A DNA stretch of 64,000 bases from Candidatus Latescibacterota bacterium (GTDB lineage: Bacteria > Latescibacterota > UBA2968 > GCA-2709665). Numbering within the stretch: the stretch's first letter is position 1; each line of letters starts with the position of its first letter. Shown piece after piece: positions 9,446 through 19,817 of this stretch. The translations under genes and the position numbers were made by a program. Location: contig OZ220733.1 of the NCBI GenBank assembly GCA_965116875.1, forward strand, positions 3,360,001 through 3,424,000. Direction: 5' to 3'. The notes under the pieces were generated by a model. The model did not search any database, had not been told where the DNA came from, and worked only from the letters and a program-made list of their open reading frames with translations.

Positions 9446-12400
9446 CTAAGGAACCGCGACTCTTCCCAGGTATTCCCTGAGTTTGGGCGGAACGTGCTTT
9501 CGAATCAGGCTCTTCTCCAGTTTCCAGGCCGTTTCCGCGTCGGGTTTCTTCTCGAAATGAATGGTTTTTCCTTCGTACCGGGCAACGGGTTCGCCGTCGC
9601 GATAGAGAATCCGGTTTCCGGGAGTCGCGGGTATGCGCTTGCCTGGCGTGACGATCCCCACGAGGTTAACCGGGTCGCAGGCGCTGACCGAAACGAGTTC
9701 GCCCTGTTTCTTCTCCCGTTTCAACGACCGGATGACGGTAATCGCCTCCGGGAGCGCGTACTGCTCTCCCCATCTCTCCACGAATCGTCCGCCCCGCACT
9801 TCGCCGCGGTCCTCCATCCGCCTCAATACCCGCACCAGGTCGCGCCAGGGCGGGATGCCGTTCTCCCTGGCCAGAACCCGTCTGAATACGACCCCGTACC
9901 GTTTCAGCAGGATCCGCGCGCATTGCTCGACATCGGCCTGATTGTCGATTTCGTTTTCGATCAGGGACCACCGGCCCGCCTGCTCCATACCGAAGACCGG
10001 CCCTCGATTCCTCCGGGATCGAACCTTGAATTTTTCCGGAATCAGAAGGGCGCGCAACCCGGCGAAACTGTCGCATGTCAGCATTCCCGCCGCAACAAGC
10101 TCGGCGATGGCGCTCTCGATCTCGCTCCTGAGCATTTTCGACCGGGAAAGGATGTCGTGGTAAAACAGCGCGCCACCGGCTTCCAGGCATTCGAGCACCC
10201 TTTGCGCGGACGGGGTCAGGACCGGCGCGCAGGCGTCTGAAGGCCGGAACGGCCAGGCCGTGAACGTGGTCCGGTTGCCCAGGGTAATCGGCGTCGTGCG
10301 GATGGGTGTGTTTCCCGCCCGGACGCTCTGTGTCCGGAGATAACGGCCCCACATGGTCTTACCCGACAGACAACAGGTATCCAGCCAGATATGGTCGTAA
10401 TCCTTGATCCGCGAAGGCAGGACGTCGCTCTCCCACGCGATGGCCGGACAGGAAAAGCCGTCGAGCTGATCCAGAACTTCATTGAGCGCCTGGGGGCCTT
10501 CCTTCCGGGTTCCTTCCGTCAGGCTGTGCCATCGGAGCAGAAACCGCACGTAATCCGACGAGGAAATGGGCTTGATCGCCCGCCGCAGCTTTTCAAGCGT
10601 ATATCGGTGGATGCGCGCGAGCAGTCGCCGTTCGCACCATTCCGTTTCCGCATCGGAAGGCAGGTCCGGCGAGAAGTGGCCTCTGATAGCGAACCCTTCT
10701 GCCTCCAATGCGAACAGCGCCTGGTCAATCCTGTTCCTGGAAAGGCCCATATCCGCTGCGATTCCGGACGCGGTCGCAGGCCCGAGTAGTTCGATTCGAC
10801 CTCTGACTACGTCTGTGAGCACCTCTTCCGGATCTTCCGACGGGAATTCGCGGATGGAGTCCGGTACCGCCGTTTCGATGCTCCTGACGGCATCCTCGTA
10901 CAGCACCTGGAACTGCGGGATCCGCTCGACGGCAATCCAGAGTTTCGGGCCGCCCTTCGGCTCGACGGGCGCGGCCTGACCGGATTCGACCAGCGATGCC
11001 AATAGCGGGATCCACGTCCCGTCGCCGCTCTCCGTCACTTCCTCGTCGGTCAGGAAGCCATGCATCACCAGGACGTCGTACAACTCGTCCGCGTCCGTGA
11101 CCGCGGGCCAGGCCTCCGCCTGTACCGCCTCTATTGCGCCCTTTTCGAGCTTGCCCAGCTTCCTGGCGTCTTCCGGCTCGAGCCGCCGGCGCGTTCTGAC
11201 GGCCTGGACTCGCCTTTCCTCCAGGGGCGCGTCATCCAGAAACGCATAGGGTCTCGCATTGAGGATGCCTTCGGACATGGGGGAGGGTTCGCGCATGTCG
11301 CGAGCCGACACTTCGATTTCACCGGAGTGGATCCGCTGGAGCAGGCGTTCGAGGGCCTCGACGTCCATCGCTTCGTGGAGGCAATCGTGAATGGTCTGGT
11401 ATACGAGGGGATGATCGGGCACCTCGCGGTCGCCCGGGATGTTTTCGAGGCAGGCGAGTTGATCGGGAAATACCAGGGCGAGCAGGTCTTCGGCATCGGA
11501 GCGCTGGATCTGTGGCGGGACCCTTTCTCCGCCCCGTCGTCTGAGCACCGCCAGCGCGGTTGAGGCGTTCCAGCGCCATCGCGCCTGAAACATCGGCGCA
11601 TCCAGCAGGGCCTGTACGAGGACTTCGCGAACCGTCCGGTCGTTCAGGTAATCTACCACTTCCTTGAGAGGAAAACTGTGCGTTGGACCCAGGGAAAGCA
11701 CCAGGCTCTCCTCGTTGGCGGCCGCCTGGAGTTCGAAATTGAACTTGCGGCAGAATCGTTTCCGAAGCGCGAGCCCCCACGCGCGGTTCAGCCGGTTGCC
11801 GAAGACCGAGTGTATGACCAGGTGCTGGTCTCCCACCTCGTCGAAGAATCGTTCGAGCACAACGTGATTCTGGGAAGGAACCAGATCCAGTGATGCTTTG
11901 GTCGCGGCCAGGTACGTGACCACCTGATCGGCTGCAACCGCGCTGACACCGACGTCGTCCGTCAGCCAGGCGACGGCCTCCCGCTTCCACACCTCCGACC
12001 CGTTGTCATCCAGTTCGTCCAGGTTCAGCCGGCCCGACACTTCCTCGCGGACCCGCGAGACCGCTGTTGAAAGTTCCGCGGACCGGCCCGGGGCTTCGCC
12101 GATCCAGAACGGCATCGTGGGCGGCAGACCGTCGGCGTCTTCAACGCGCACCTTTCCGGTTTCCACTTTGAGGATCCGCCAGGACGCCGTGCCGAGCTGG
12201 AAAATGTCTCCCGGCAGGCTCTCGACGGCGAAATCCTCGTGGACGGATCCGATCTGGACGCCCGAGGGTTCGAGGCGCACGTCGTAATCGAACTGGTCCG
12301 GGATGGTGCCTCCGGAGACGGTCGCGTTGAGACGTGCCCCCTTCCTGGCCCTCAACGTGCGTGTAACCGGGTTGAAGTGCAGATAAGACCTCCGGGTACC

Positions 12401-13777
12401 GCGCCTGAAGGTAAACCCTTCGACCAGCATCTGGACGACGCCGTTGAACTCTTTTCTACTCAAATCTCTGTAGATAAACGACTTGCGGAATACATCATAG
12501 AGCGTGTCCGCCGTGGCTTCCTCGCAGGAGACTTCCGCTACGATCTGTTGGGCAAGCACATCCAGCGGTTTCTCCGGAAAGGGAAGGGCATCCAGTTCCC
12601 CTCTACGGACGCTGTCCAGCAGCGCTACGGCTTCAACCAGTTCGTCTTTGGTGAGCGGGAATATCTTCCCTCGTGGCGTTCCCTCGAGCGTATGGCCGGA
12701 CCTGCCAACCCGCTGAAGCAGCGTGGCAATGGATTTGGGAGATCCGATCTGGATGACCAGATCGATGGCGCCCACGTCAATGCCCAGTTCCAGAGATCCG
12801 GTGGCCACCAGCGCCCTGAGCGTGCCCGCTTTCAGCCGTGTCTCCGCGTCCTGGCGCTTTTCGCGTGACATGCTCCCGTGGTGCGCCGAAACGACTTCCG
12901 GACCCAGACGCTCGGACAGATGGTGCGACAGGCGTTCGGTCATCGCCCGCGTGGGAACGAAGATCAGGGTGGTCTGGTGTTCGTTGACGGCATCTTCCAG
13001 GGACTGATGGATCTCTTCCCAGACCTCATTGGCCATCACCGCCGTGAGCGGAGATTCGGGCAGTTCGATCCGAAGTTCCAGTTCGCGCCGGTGACCGATA
13101 TTCAGGACTTCGCAGGACTCCGCGCCGCCGGTGAGAAAGCGCGCCATGCGATCGATGGGCTTCTGGGTGGCCGAGATGCCGATCCGGTGCAGCGGGTTCC
13201 GGGTGAGCCGCGCCAGCCGTTCCATGGAGATCGACAGGTGGGCGCCGCGTTTGTTGCCGGCAACCGCGTGGATTTCGTCCACGATGAGCGTGCCGGCGTT
13301 GCTCAGCATTTCCCGGCCGCCGTTGCTCGTCAGGAGAAGGTAGAGGGATTCGGGCGTGGTCACCAGGACGTGGGGCGGCGTCCTGACCATCTTTGCCCGT
13401 TCCGTGGTCGGCGTATCGCCCGTACGAACCATCGCGCGGACGTCGGCACTGGGGCAACCGCTCTGTTTCAGAAGCGCCTTGATGCCCTTGAGCGGAAGCT
13501 GCAGATTGCGATGGATATCGTTGCTCAGCGCCTTGAGTGGCGATACGTAGACGACCAGGGTCCGGTCCTCCAGGGTGCCGTTGAGACGCTGCTCGAACAG
13601 GTCGTTCAGCACCGCCAGAAATGCCGCGAGCGTTTTGCCCGATCCGGTTGGCGCGGACAGGAGCACGTTTCGCCGGTTCGCGATCTCGGGCCAGGCCAGG
13701 GACTGAATCTCGGACGGGCCGTTGAAATTCTGGTTAAACCACTGTCGAACAACGGGATGGAAGCTTTCCATGGGCAT
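9446..13777 (-). CDS. lhr: Lhr-type ATP-dependent SF2 helicase
   Basis: APTGSGKT, TTPESL, DEIH, SAT, HHGS, LELGID and QRVGRSGH motifs; long C-terminal winged-helix region; 1443 aa. Confidence 0.93.
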   Translation of the reverse strand: MPMESFHPVVRQWFNQNFNGPSEIQSLAWPEIANRRNVLLSAPTGSGKTLAAFLAVLNDLFEQRLNGTLEDRTLVVYVSPLKALSNDIHRNLQLPLKGIKALLKQSGCPSADVRAMVRTGDTPTTERAKMVRTPPHVLVTTPESLYLLLTSNGGREMLSNAGTLIVDEIHAVAGNKRGAHLSISMERLARLTRNPLHRIGISATQKPIDRMARFLTGGAESCEVLNIGHRRELELRIELPESPLTAVMANEVWEEIHQSLEDAVNEHQTTLIFVPTRAMTERLSHHLSERLGPEVVSAHHGSMSREKRQDAETRLKAGTLRALVATGSLELGIDVGAIDLVIQIGSPKSIATLLQRVGRSGHTLEGTPRGKIFPLTKDELVEAVALLDSVRRGELDALPFPEKPLDVLAQQIVAEVSCEEATADTLYDVFRKSFIYRDLSRKEFNGVVQMLVEGFTFRRGTRRSYLHFNPVTRTLRARKGARLNATVSGGTIPDQFDYDVRLEPSGVQIGSVHEDFAVESLPGDIFQLGTASWRILKVETGKVRVEDADGLPPTMPFWIGEAPGRSAELSTAVSRVREEVSGRLNLDELDDNGSEVWKREAVAWLTDDVGVSAVAADQVVTYLAATKASLDLVPSQNHVVLERFFDEVGDQHLVIHSVFGNRLNRAWGLALRKRFCRKFNFELQAAANEESLVLSLGPTHSFPLKEVVDYLNDRTVREVLVQALLDAPMFQARWRWNASTALAVLRRRGGERVPPQIQRSDAEDLLALVFPDQLACLENIPGDREVPDHPLVYQTIHDCLHEAMDVEALERLLQRIHSGEIEVSARDMREPSPMSEGILNARPYAFLDDAPLEERRVQAVRTRRRLEPEDARKLGKLEKGAIEAVQAEAWPAVTDADELYDVLVMHGFLTDEEVTESGDGTWIPLLASLVESGQAAPVEPKGGPKLWIAVERIPQFQVLYEDAVRSIETAVPDSIREFPSEDPEEVLTDVVRGRIELLGPATASGIAADMGLSRNRIDQALFALEAEGFAIRGHFSPDLPSDAETEWCERRLLARIHRYTLEKLRRAIKPISSSDYVRFLLRWHSLTEGTRKEGPQALNEVLDQLDGFSCPAIAWESDVLPSRIKDYDHIWLDTCCLSGKTMWGRYLRTQSVRAGNTPIRTTPITLGNRTTFTAWPFRPSDACAPVLTPSAQRVLECLEAGGALFYHDILSRSKMLRSEIESAIAELVAAGMLTCDSFAGLRALLIPEKFKVRSRRNRGPVFGMEQAGRWSLIENEIDNQADVEQCARILLKRYGVVFRRVLARENGIPPWRDLVRVLRRMEDRGEVRGGRFVERWGEQYALPEAITVIRSLKREKKQGELVSVSACDPVNLVGIVTPGKRIPATPGNRILYRDGEPVARYEGKTIHFEKKPDAETAWKLEKSLIRKHVPPKLREYLGRVAVP

Positions 13778-13935
13778 TTGGATTCCCTAATGGACGACAT
13801 CGCCAGACCTGCTTTGACGGCGCCGACGTTTATCCGTACCCGAATATAATGCGCATCCGTGCCAAACGCAAGGCGCCGGATTCAGAATTCCGACCCATTG
13901 TCGCGTCGATTCCGGGGCCGTTCATCCCTCTCGTT

Positions 13936-14685
13936 TCAGGGGCGGAACTCGTCCCAGCGGGTGATCGAATCCGCCCATTCTTCCCGTTCCCCCATCGGTC
14001 GGTCGAGCGAACGATCGAAGTATATCGCGTTCATGCCCATCGATCGTGGTCCATGGACGTCGTTGCGAAGATTGTCTCCGATGAACAGGACGTCGCCTGC
14101 CCTGTCGTCCGTGAGGCCGGCCCGGCACAGCGCCTCGCGATAGATCCCGGCGCCCGGCTTCCTGAATCCGATTTCGGCGCTGTCGATGACGAACTCGAAA
14201 TACTGCAACAGTCCGTGGTCTGCCAGCAGCCGTTCGGGCCATCCCGGCAAATAGAAATTCGAGACGACGCCCATTCGAACTTCGCCGCGCCACGCCGCCA
14301 GCATCGCCTCGACCCCGGGCGTCGGCCGGACCTGTTTCGGATACGACCTCTCGAATTCATCGACCATCTCTTGAACGAGACGATGAACGGGCATTCGACC
14401 CGCCTTTCCCGACGCGGCCAGAACATCCCTCAGACGGTCCGGCAGCAGCACCTCCCTCGAGTCGTCGCCGGTCAGCCGACTTCTCCTCCATTGGGAATAC
14501 GCATTCACGAAGTCGCGCGTCGCGGCGAAGTATCCCTCCCGGACAGGCAGGTCCAGAATCGGACTCAATCCGGATTCGTCGCCGGTTTCATCGAAATCGT
14601 CCAGAAGCGTATTGAAGCAATCGAAGAAGATCCATTTGGGTATCGATGCAGGCATGGAGTCGAAGAAGGCTGCCGCGGGGGTCAC
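13936..14685 (-). CDS. HAD-family hydrolase
   Basis: FFDCFNTL motif I variant, VSN, KP and IGDN..ND motifs. Confidence 0.88.
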   Translation of the reverse strand: MTPAAAFFDSMPASIPKWIFFDCFNTLLDDFDETGDESGLSPILDLPVREGYFAATRDFVNAYSQWRRSRLTGDDSREVLLPDRLRDVLAASGKAGRMPVHRLVQEMVDEFERSYPKQVRPTPGVEAMLAAWRGEVRMGVVSNFYLPGWPERLLADHGLLQYFEFVIDSAEIGFRKPGAGIYREALCRAGLTDDRAGDVLFIGDNLRNDVHGPRSMGMNAIYFDRSLDRPMGEREEWADSITRWDEFRP

Positions 14686-15455
14686 TCGCCGGGGTCGGAA
14701 TTTTCAAGGATCCAGCTTAGAACGGTATCCAAGCCTGCGAGATGCGCGGCCGTTCGCTGCGCCATCGGCCAGGCCGTGGGCGTCTCGAAGATCAGCACAT
14801 GGTCGGCATGGTAATGATACACGTACGGGACGATGCCGCCTGTGCCCCACGACGGCGCGACCCGGTAGACCCCCCGGGAGATGGGGATGTCGTTCTCATC
14901 GTCCTCCCCGTCCGGATCGATTGCGCCCACCTTCTCGACCTCCCGTACGATTGACGGCCCGACCCAGTTTTCATCGCGCCGCCCCTCGTACATGTAAAAG
15001 CCGGTGGCCTCCCAGTCCTCGTGGAAGTCCACGTACAGGTCGAAGCGCTTTCCTTCCAGTATCCGCCTGGCAACCTCGCCCTCCGGAACGCCGGACTCCG
15101 AAAATGAGCGGTTGATATCGTCACCCGCGCCGTTCTCCCTTTTGTTGTGGACGTATCCCCAGGGATTGACGCAGGGCAGAACGAGAAACGCAAAGTGCCG
15201 GCGCAGATCGGCCGGATTCCGCTCCAGGAACGCGAGGACCGTCTCGGGCCCCGCCGGCTCGTCTCCATGGACGCCGCCCGACAAAAGCACGTGTTTCCTG
15301 CCGCGGAGGTCGCCGCCCAAACGGATACAATAGATGGGATATCCGTCCACGAATCCGGCCGTTTCCATCTCCATTTCCGGCAGATCCAGGGCCTCAAGCC
15401 GCCGTGTCAATCGATCGAAGTCATGGTCTTTCATTTCTTGATCTTCCGGTTTCAA
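14682..15455 (-). CDS. M14-like metallopeptidase / succinylglutamate desuccinylase family
   Basis: GVHGDE, NPWG, DINR, DFHED and FET motifs. Confidence 0.88.
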   Translation of the reverse strand: MKPEDQEMKDHDFDRLTRRLEALDLPEMEMETAGFVDGYPIYCIRLGGDLRGRKHVLLSGGVHGDEPAGPETVLAFLERNPADLRRHFAFLVLPCVNPWGYVHNKRENGAGDDINRSFSESGVPEGEVARRILEGKRFDLYVDFHEDWEATGFYMYEGRRDENWVGPSIVREVEKVGAIDPDGEDDENDIPISRGVYRVAPSWGTGGIVPYVYHYHADHVLIFETPTAWPMAQRTAAHLAGLDTVLSWILENSDPGE

Positions 15456-15510
15456 AAATCAGCACAAGCAATGCGGGCATGCACAATGACCACGCGTTAT
15501 ATGGTTCATT

Positions 15511-15659
15511 GGAGCGAGGGCATCCTGCCCTCGACGGCTAGTTCGCGAGCCCCTGGCGCCATTATTCCAGATGTGGTATCGGATGGCTTGGAAGCAATTG
15601 GCCCTTGATGTGGATATCAATGGGTCACCTGCTATTCGAGGGCAGGATGCCCTCGCTCC
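15511..15659. repeat. Inverted REP pair (REPIN/BIME-like)
   Basis: 24-bp ggagcgagggcatcctgccctcga at 15511-15534 and its exact reverse complement at 15636-15659; a third copy lies at 63879-63901. Confidence 0.85.
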
Positions 15660-15744
15660 GGCACTGCTTTTCAAGATAGCCTGGAAAGGACGATCTTGGA
15701 CAGGTGTGACTGCAAGACACCGATGAACTCGTGTCGTACGACGG

Positions 15745-17400
15745 TCATGCAAGACTTCGGTAGCGCTCCAATGCCGTTCGTTCGAATTCCTTGCCTCTGA
15801 TTAGCTTCGATCCGTCCAATCTGACCAACTTGAACGCGCTATTCAGGCCTTTCGCATATTCCAGGTTCACGATGGTTTCCCCCGATGCCTGGATGGGCCT
15901 CCGGGCGGGAATCTTGTAGTTGCTGGACAGCTCGACCAGTTCATGAATCCGCGTGCGGTCCGAGATCAGAACCGGCGCCCAGCATTCGATCGCTCTGCCC
16001 AGCATCAGCGTTGCCAGGCGCGCCGATTCCGCGGGAAGCGCGTCCCACACATTCCAGATGATCGGTTTGCAGTCGGCCTGTTTCGCGCGGTCGATCACAC
16101 GAAAACACGCTGCGGCGTCGAGTATCTGGTCTTCAGGCACAATACCCACGTATACACGTCCGTGATCCGTCTCCAAATCACACCCTGGCTTTTCTACTGC
16201 ATGCCACTTCGACCGGCTCCAGACGGCCGGTCGTCCGTCGAACTGTCGAACGCGGATTGGCATCTTTGGTTCCGTCTTGGGCAGATCCTGCGGTCTCGGC
16301 GACGCGAGCTCATCGGCAGTTGGGACCTCATCCCACACCAGTTCCTCATCGACCATCCGCATGTCCAGTTCGACAATATAGATGGCGTCCGGATCCCTGC
16401 ACGCCGAGAGCGGTCGAGAGGTCCGATCTCCGGCTTTCCGCGCCACCATCTCGCGTCCATCCGGGGAGAACGCGAAGGGATGGGTGGATGACTTGCCCAA
16501 GTCTTCATGAAGTGTACAAATCGAGAACATCCGGTTCTCCACCGCCCTCAGACGCAGGACCGACGACCATTTGATTTCATTGACATTGCTAAAACTTGGA
16601 TTTATGTAGATTTGGGCGCCGCAGCCGGCGAGGGACCGGGGCAGCAGGCCCAAATAGTGGTCGTGGCAGATGGTCGCGCCGGCCCGCGCCCCGGCCAGAT
16701 CGAAGGTGGGAAGCATCGAGTCCGCCGTCCAAAGAGACCTCTCGAAGGCAACCGCGCCCGCTGAGGAATGCTTCACGTATACTCGCGAATGCCATCCATC
16801 GGGATCAATGCGAAGCAGGATCTGGTAGTAGCGTTCGGTTGAGTCGACGCGATTATCGGTCGCGCCGACCAGCAGCGTCGCATCCAGGTCCGCCGCAAGC
16901 TTTTTCAGCGATTTTATGGGTCTGGAATCGGATGCTTGAATGTACGCTTCCGGAAAGAGAACGAAATCTACGCTTTCGCCTGCAAACGAGGCATACGTCG
17001 GAAAGGCAGGCTTTTGGGCATTATGATTTACCTGAGGAAATACGAGCGCCGCTCGCAGTTTGGAAGGCTTTACAGCAGCGGAGGTTCTTCTAGTGGATTG
17101 GACAGGTCGGGAAGTGTCAGACCTGGAACGATTCGCACCACCGCACTTGCACTCAACGACGTCAAACTCGCGTTTCCTCAGAAAGCCATTGGACTCACCG
17201 CCGCCAGAGAATTCATACGAAGGAAGAAGCCGACCCGTTGCTATTTCGTGAGCCAACGCGACCGTGTACTTCGGTGGATAATGGTTGCCATCCTTTACCA
17301 GGCAGTAATGCCGCCCCTTCCTGCGCGGCGGAACTCCCTCAAGCATGATACGACAGATCGCTTTGTTCAAGTGCTCGCTTTTAATGCATCCCGGTATCAT
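15745..17400 (-). CDS. Carbon-nitrogen hydrolase (nitrilase fold) with N-terminal McrA/McrB-associated-like domain and unknown C-terminal domain
   Basis: FPE / YVKH / ICHD catalytic E-K-C triad; N-terminal YPPKY...FSGG..SN.FL motif. Confidence 0.75.
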   Translation of the reverse strand: MIPGCIKSEHLNKAICRIMLEGVPPRRKGRHYCLVKDGNHYPPKYTVALAHEIATGRLLPSYEFSGGGESNGFLRKREFDVVECKCGGANRSRSDTSRPVQSTRRTSAAVKPSKLRAALVFPQVNHNAQKPAFPTYASFAGESVDFVLFPEAYIQASDSRPIKSLKKLAADLDATLLVGATDNRVDSTERYYQILLRIDPDGWHSRVYVKHSSAGAVAFERSLWTADSMLPTFDLAGARAGATICHDHYLGLLPRSLAGCGAQIYINPSFSNVNEIKWSSVLRLRAVENRMFSICTLHEDLGKSSTHPFAFSPDGREMVARKAGDRTSRPLSACRDPDAIYIVELDMRMVDEELVWDEVPTADELASPRPQDLPKTEPKMPIRVRQFDGRPAVWSRSKWHAVEKPGCDLETDHGRVYVGIVPEDQILDAAACFRVIDRAKQADCKPIIWNVWDALPAESARLATLMLGRAIECWAPVLISDRTRIHELVELSSNYKIPARRPIQASGETIVNLEYAKGLNSAFKLVRLDGSKLIRGKEFERTALERYRSLA

Positions 17401-17540
17401 TGTCTTTCTCGCCCGAATAACTAACTGAAATAGAGATTTTTTATACTCCAGTTATTGTAAAATATTATAGTTACGCGATTCTTCGCTGAAACATACAGTC
17501 GCATTGGCCGTGACGCTACCTTTCATCGAACCCTTCACAG

Positions 17541-17685
17541 GGTGGAGCGGACATTCCTGTCTGCTCACGTACGTATTACCGATAGCCCGGGACGTAGAGG
17601 CAAGGCACAGACGTGCCATGGACGCGCGATGCCGCCTCCCGACAGATGGACAGCGAGGCGGGCAGACAGGAATGTCCGCCCCACC
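17541..17685. repeat. Inverted REP pair
   Basis: ggtggagcggacattcctgtctgctc (17541-17566) and gggcagacaggaatgtccgccccacc (17660-17685), 24/26 complementary. Confidence 0.85.
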
Positions 17686-17790
17686 TTCGGACAACCTTCC
17701 TCATCGGCGGGACAGGCCAATTGGTCAGCCGTCTCTGGCCTCGGGAACGGAGGCTTGTCACGCGCTTCGTTGTAGACATCCACTTGCGAA

Positions 17791-18630
17791 TCATGATTCT
17801 TGAGTCGTGAACCGTATCTCGTGATGGTCGTAGTCGCTCGTGATCGGAACCGGCTTCCCGTCCAAGAACGCCCATCTGCCCACGTCGCACGCGGATGCGC
17901 GGACGAAGCCGTTGATGTAGGATCGCCGGGGCCGGTCCGTCGTATTCGGCGATGAGCCGTGTACCGTGTACGACGTGAACATCAGCACGTCGCCGGGCAT
18001 CGCCTCGCACGGCACGGCTGCGGAGACGTCCACCTGCGACTCGACGCTCCCTTCGGCGTACCGTTTGACTTTCAAATTACCGAGTTTGTGGCTACCCGGA
18101 ATCACGTGCAGACAGCCGCTTGCGACGGTCGCTTCGTCCACCACGACGATGGTCTGCACATAGTTATTCACCTGATCGCGAAACGCTGGCGTGGGGCGCA
18201 CGTCCTGGTGCCATGGAAACTCGATCTTCCCGCCGGGCATCTTGAAATTGATCTGATTGATAAACTGCTTCAATGTCGTTCCGATCAGCGGCGCCAGGAG
18301 CGCGGGGAACCTGGGACTGTTGCGGACCTCTTCGAACGCCGGATGAATGAGGGACGGCCACTGGACCTTGCGCAGATATCGAACGGCGTCGGGCCCGGTC
18401 ATCGGTCCGGGCGTCTGCAGGTGGATATGCACGTCGTTCCGCCTGCCCTTGAGGATTTCATCCGGCAGGTCCGTCCGCGACGCCAGTTTAAAGATATAGT
18501 CGTAACCTTCTCGCAAACGGGAGATCTCATCCTGTCCGAACACGCCGCGAGCCACGTGATATCCCTGTTCTCTGAATGCCTCGACGTCATGATCGCTGAG
18601 CGTCATCATCGCGTTTCGTCTCTTTGGCAC
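17791..18630 (-). CDS. Phytanoyl-CoA dioxygenase (PhyH) family protein
   Basis: WHQD, GCLHVIPGSH and HGS.PN...RR motifs. Confidence 0.92.
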   Translation of the reverse strand: MPKRRNAMMTLSDHDVEAFREQGYHVARGVFGQDEISRLREGYDYIFKLASRTDLPDEILKGRRNDVHIHLQTPGPMTGPDAVRYLRKVQWPSLIHPAFEEVRNSPRFPALLAPLIGTTLKQFINQINFKMPGGKIEFPWHQDVRPTPAFRDQVNNYVQTIVVVDEATVASGCLHVIPGSHKLGNLKVKRYAEGSVESQVDVSAAVPCEAMPGDVLMFTSYTVHGSSPNTTDRPRRSYINGFVRASACDVGRWAFLDGKPVPITSDYDHHEIRFTTQES

Positions 18631-18984
18631 TGAATTACATCTTCGCGTGGATTCTGGCTGTCATCGCCCGCAGTTGTTCGTCTGTCAGACGTGTGGGCCT
18701 TACGTTGTCAAAGCGGACGCTACGGATTCACCTCGATTCGCGAATATTCGTGGACCTGAGTGTCGAATATATGCTGAAGAACAGAGGCGAATTGACGTCA
18801 AAGGTCCCGGATACCTGAAGTCACTGGACGTGAAGGTAAATTTCATCCATTCGAATGACCTCAAAACCCCGTTTTCGCACCGTCACCTTCTGTGCCTTTT
18901 GTGCTTTTTGTGGTAAATTAACGGTTGTTTTTTTTGAATTGAGGTTACCATGCACCCGTTTCGTGCAAAGCTCCACTGTATGGT

Positions 18985-19800
18985 CTATTCCAGTTCCGGC
19001 AGGTTCGACTGGTCGATGAGAACCTTGATCGAGCGTGGACGACGCGCAACCCGTGAGATGAAGCCCTGCTCTTCCAGTCTCTTGAGCATACTGTTTACGG
19101 ACGGCGCCGTAACGCCGAAATAGCGCTGGATATCGGCCTGGGCGGGCGGAATGCCGTTCACCTTGGTGTAGTAGTGAATGAAGGCCAGATATTGGCCCTG
19201 TCGATAGGTATAGGAGGTGTCAACTATGGAAGTGTAGAATTCGTCAATATCGAACTCATCCAGGTATTTGTTGACATTGTCGATGGGGAAGTATTCGGGG
19301 TCGAATTTACCGCCGATCCAGTCGACCATCGAGGTATGTTCCGGATGATCGCTGTCCGCCATGGCCTCGAGAAACTCTGCATATCCCGCGACTCCGCCCA
19401 CGTCTTCCGGCGGACAGGATCGCTCGCCCGCGAGACACACGGTTTTGAACTCCTCCTCTTCAGTTTCTTGGATGGCTTCGACTCTCACCTGATGCTCCCA
19501 ACTGTCTCCGAAATCGTATTCGTAGAGAAACTCGACGCCGACGAAGGGCGCCACCTGCTCCAGTGTGAACAATTCTTCTTCCTGCACGTCTTCACCAAGA
19601 TCGTCGAATTCCGGGTCGTACATCCCGTAACGGGTGTCGCCTATGCGAAACTCGTGGAGATGGGAGTTGGTCCACCCCATCGCGATCTGGATGTACAGGT
19701 GGAGGTCGTCCAGAGACCTCTGCCCGTCAACGAGGACTCGTCTCCAGATTGGCGGATCGATGTCGAGCATGGTAATCTTGAGTTGGTAGATCATGCACAC
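18985..19800 (-). CDS. pRiA4b ORF-3 family protein fused to a LexA/MarR-like winged HTH
   Basis: PPIWRR, GWTNSHLHEF, YEYDFGDSWEH and CPPEDVGG motifs; C-terminal RQGQYLAFI...FGVTAPSV..ML..LEEQGFI. Confidence 0.88.
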   Translation of the reverse strand: MCMIYQLKITMLDIDPPIWRRVLVDGQRSLDDLHLYIQIAMGWTNSHLHEFRIGDTRYGMYDPEFDDLGEDVQEEELFTLEQVAPFVGVEFLYEYDFGDSWEHQVRVEAIQETEEEEFKTVCLAGERSCPPEDVGGVAGYAEFLEAMADSDHPEHTSMVDWIGGKFDPEYFPIDNVNKYLDEFDIDEFYTSIVDTSYTYRQGQYLAFIHYYTKVNGIPPAQADIQRYFGVTAPSVNSMLKRLEEQGFISRVARRPRSIKVLIDQSNLPELE

Positions 19801-19817
19801 CCCCCTGCAGAGTGGGA

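Noticed and set aside
9446-15455. Lhr-HAD-M14 as a defence or novel repair operon
   Set aside because: No nuclease or glycosylase partner; co-orientation alone is not evidence.
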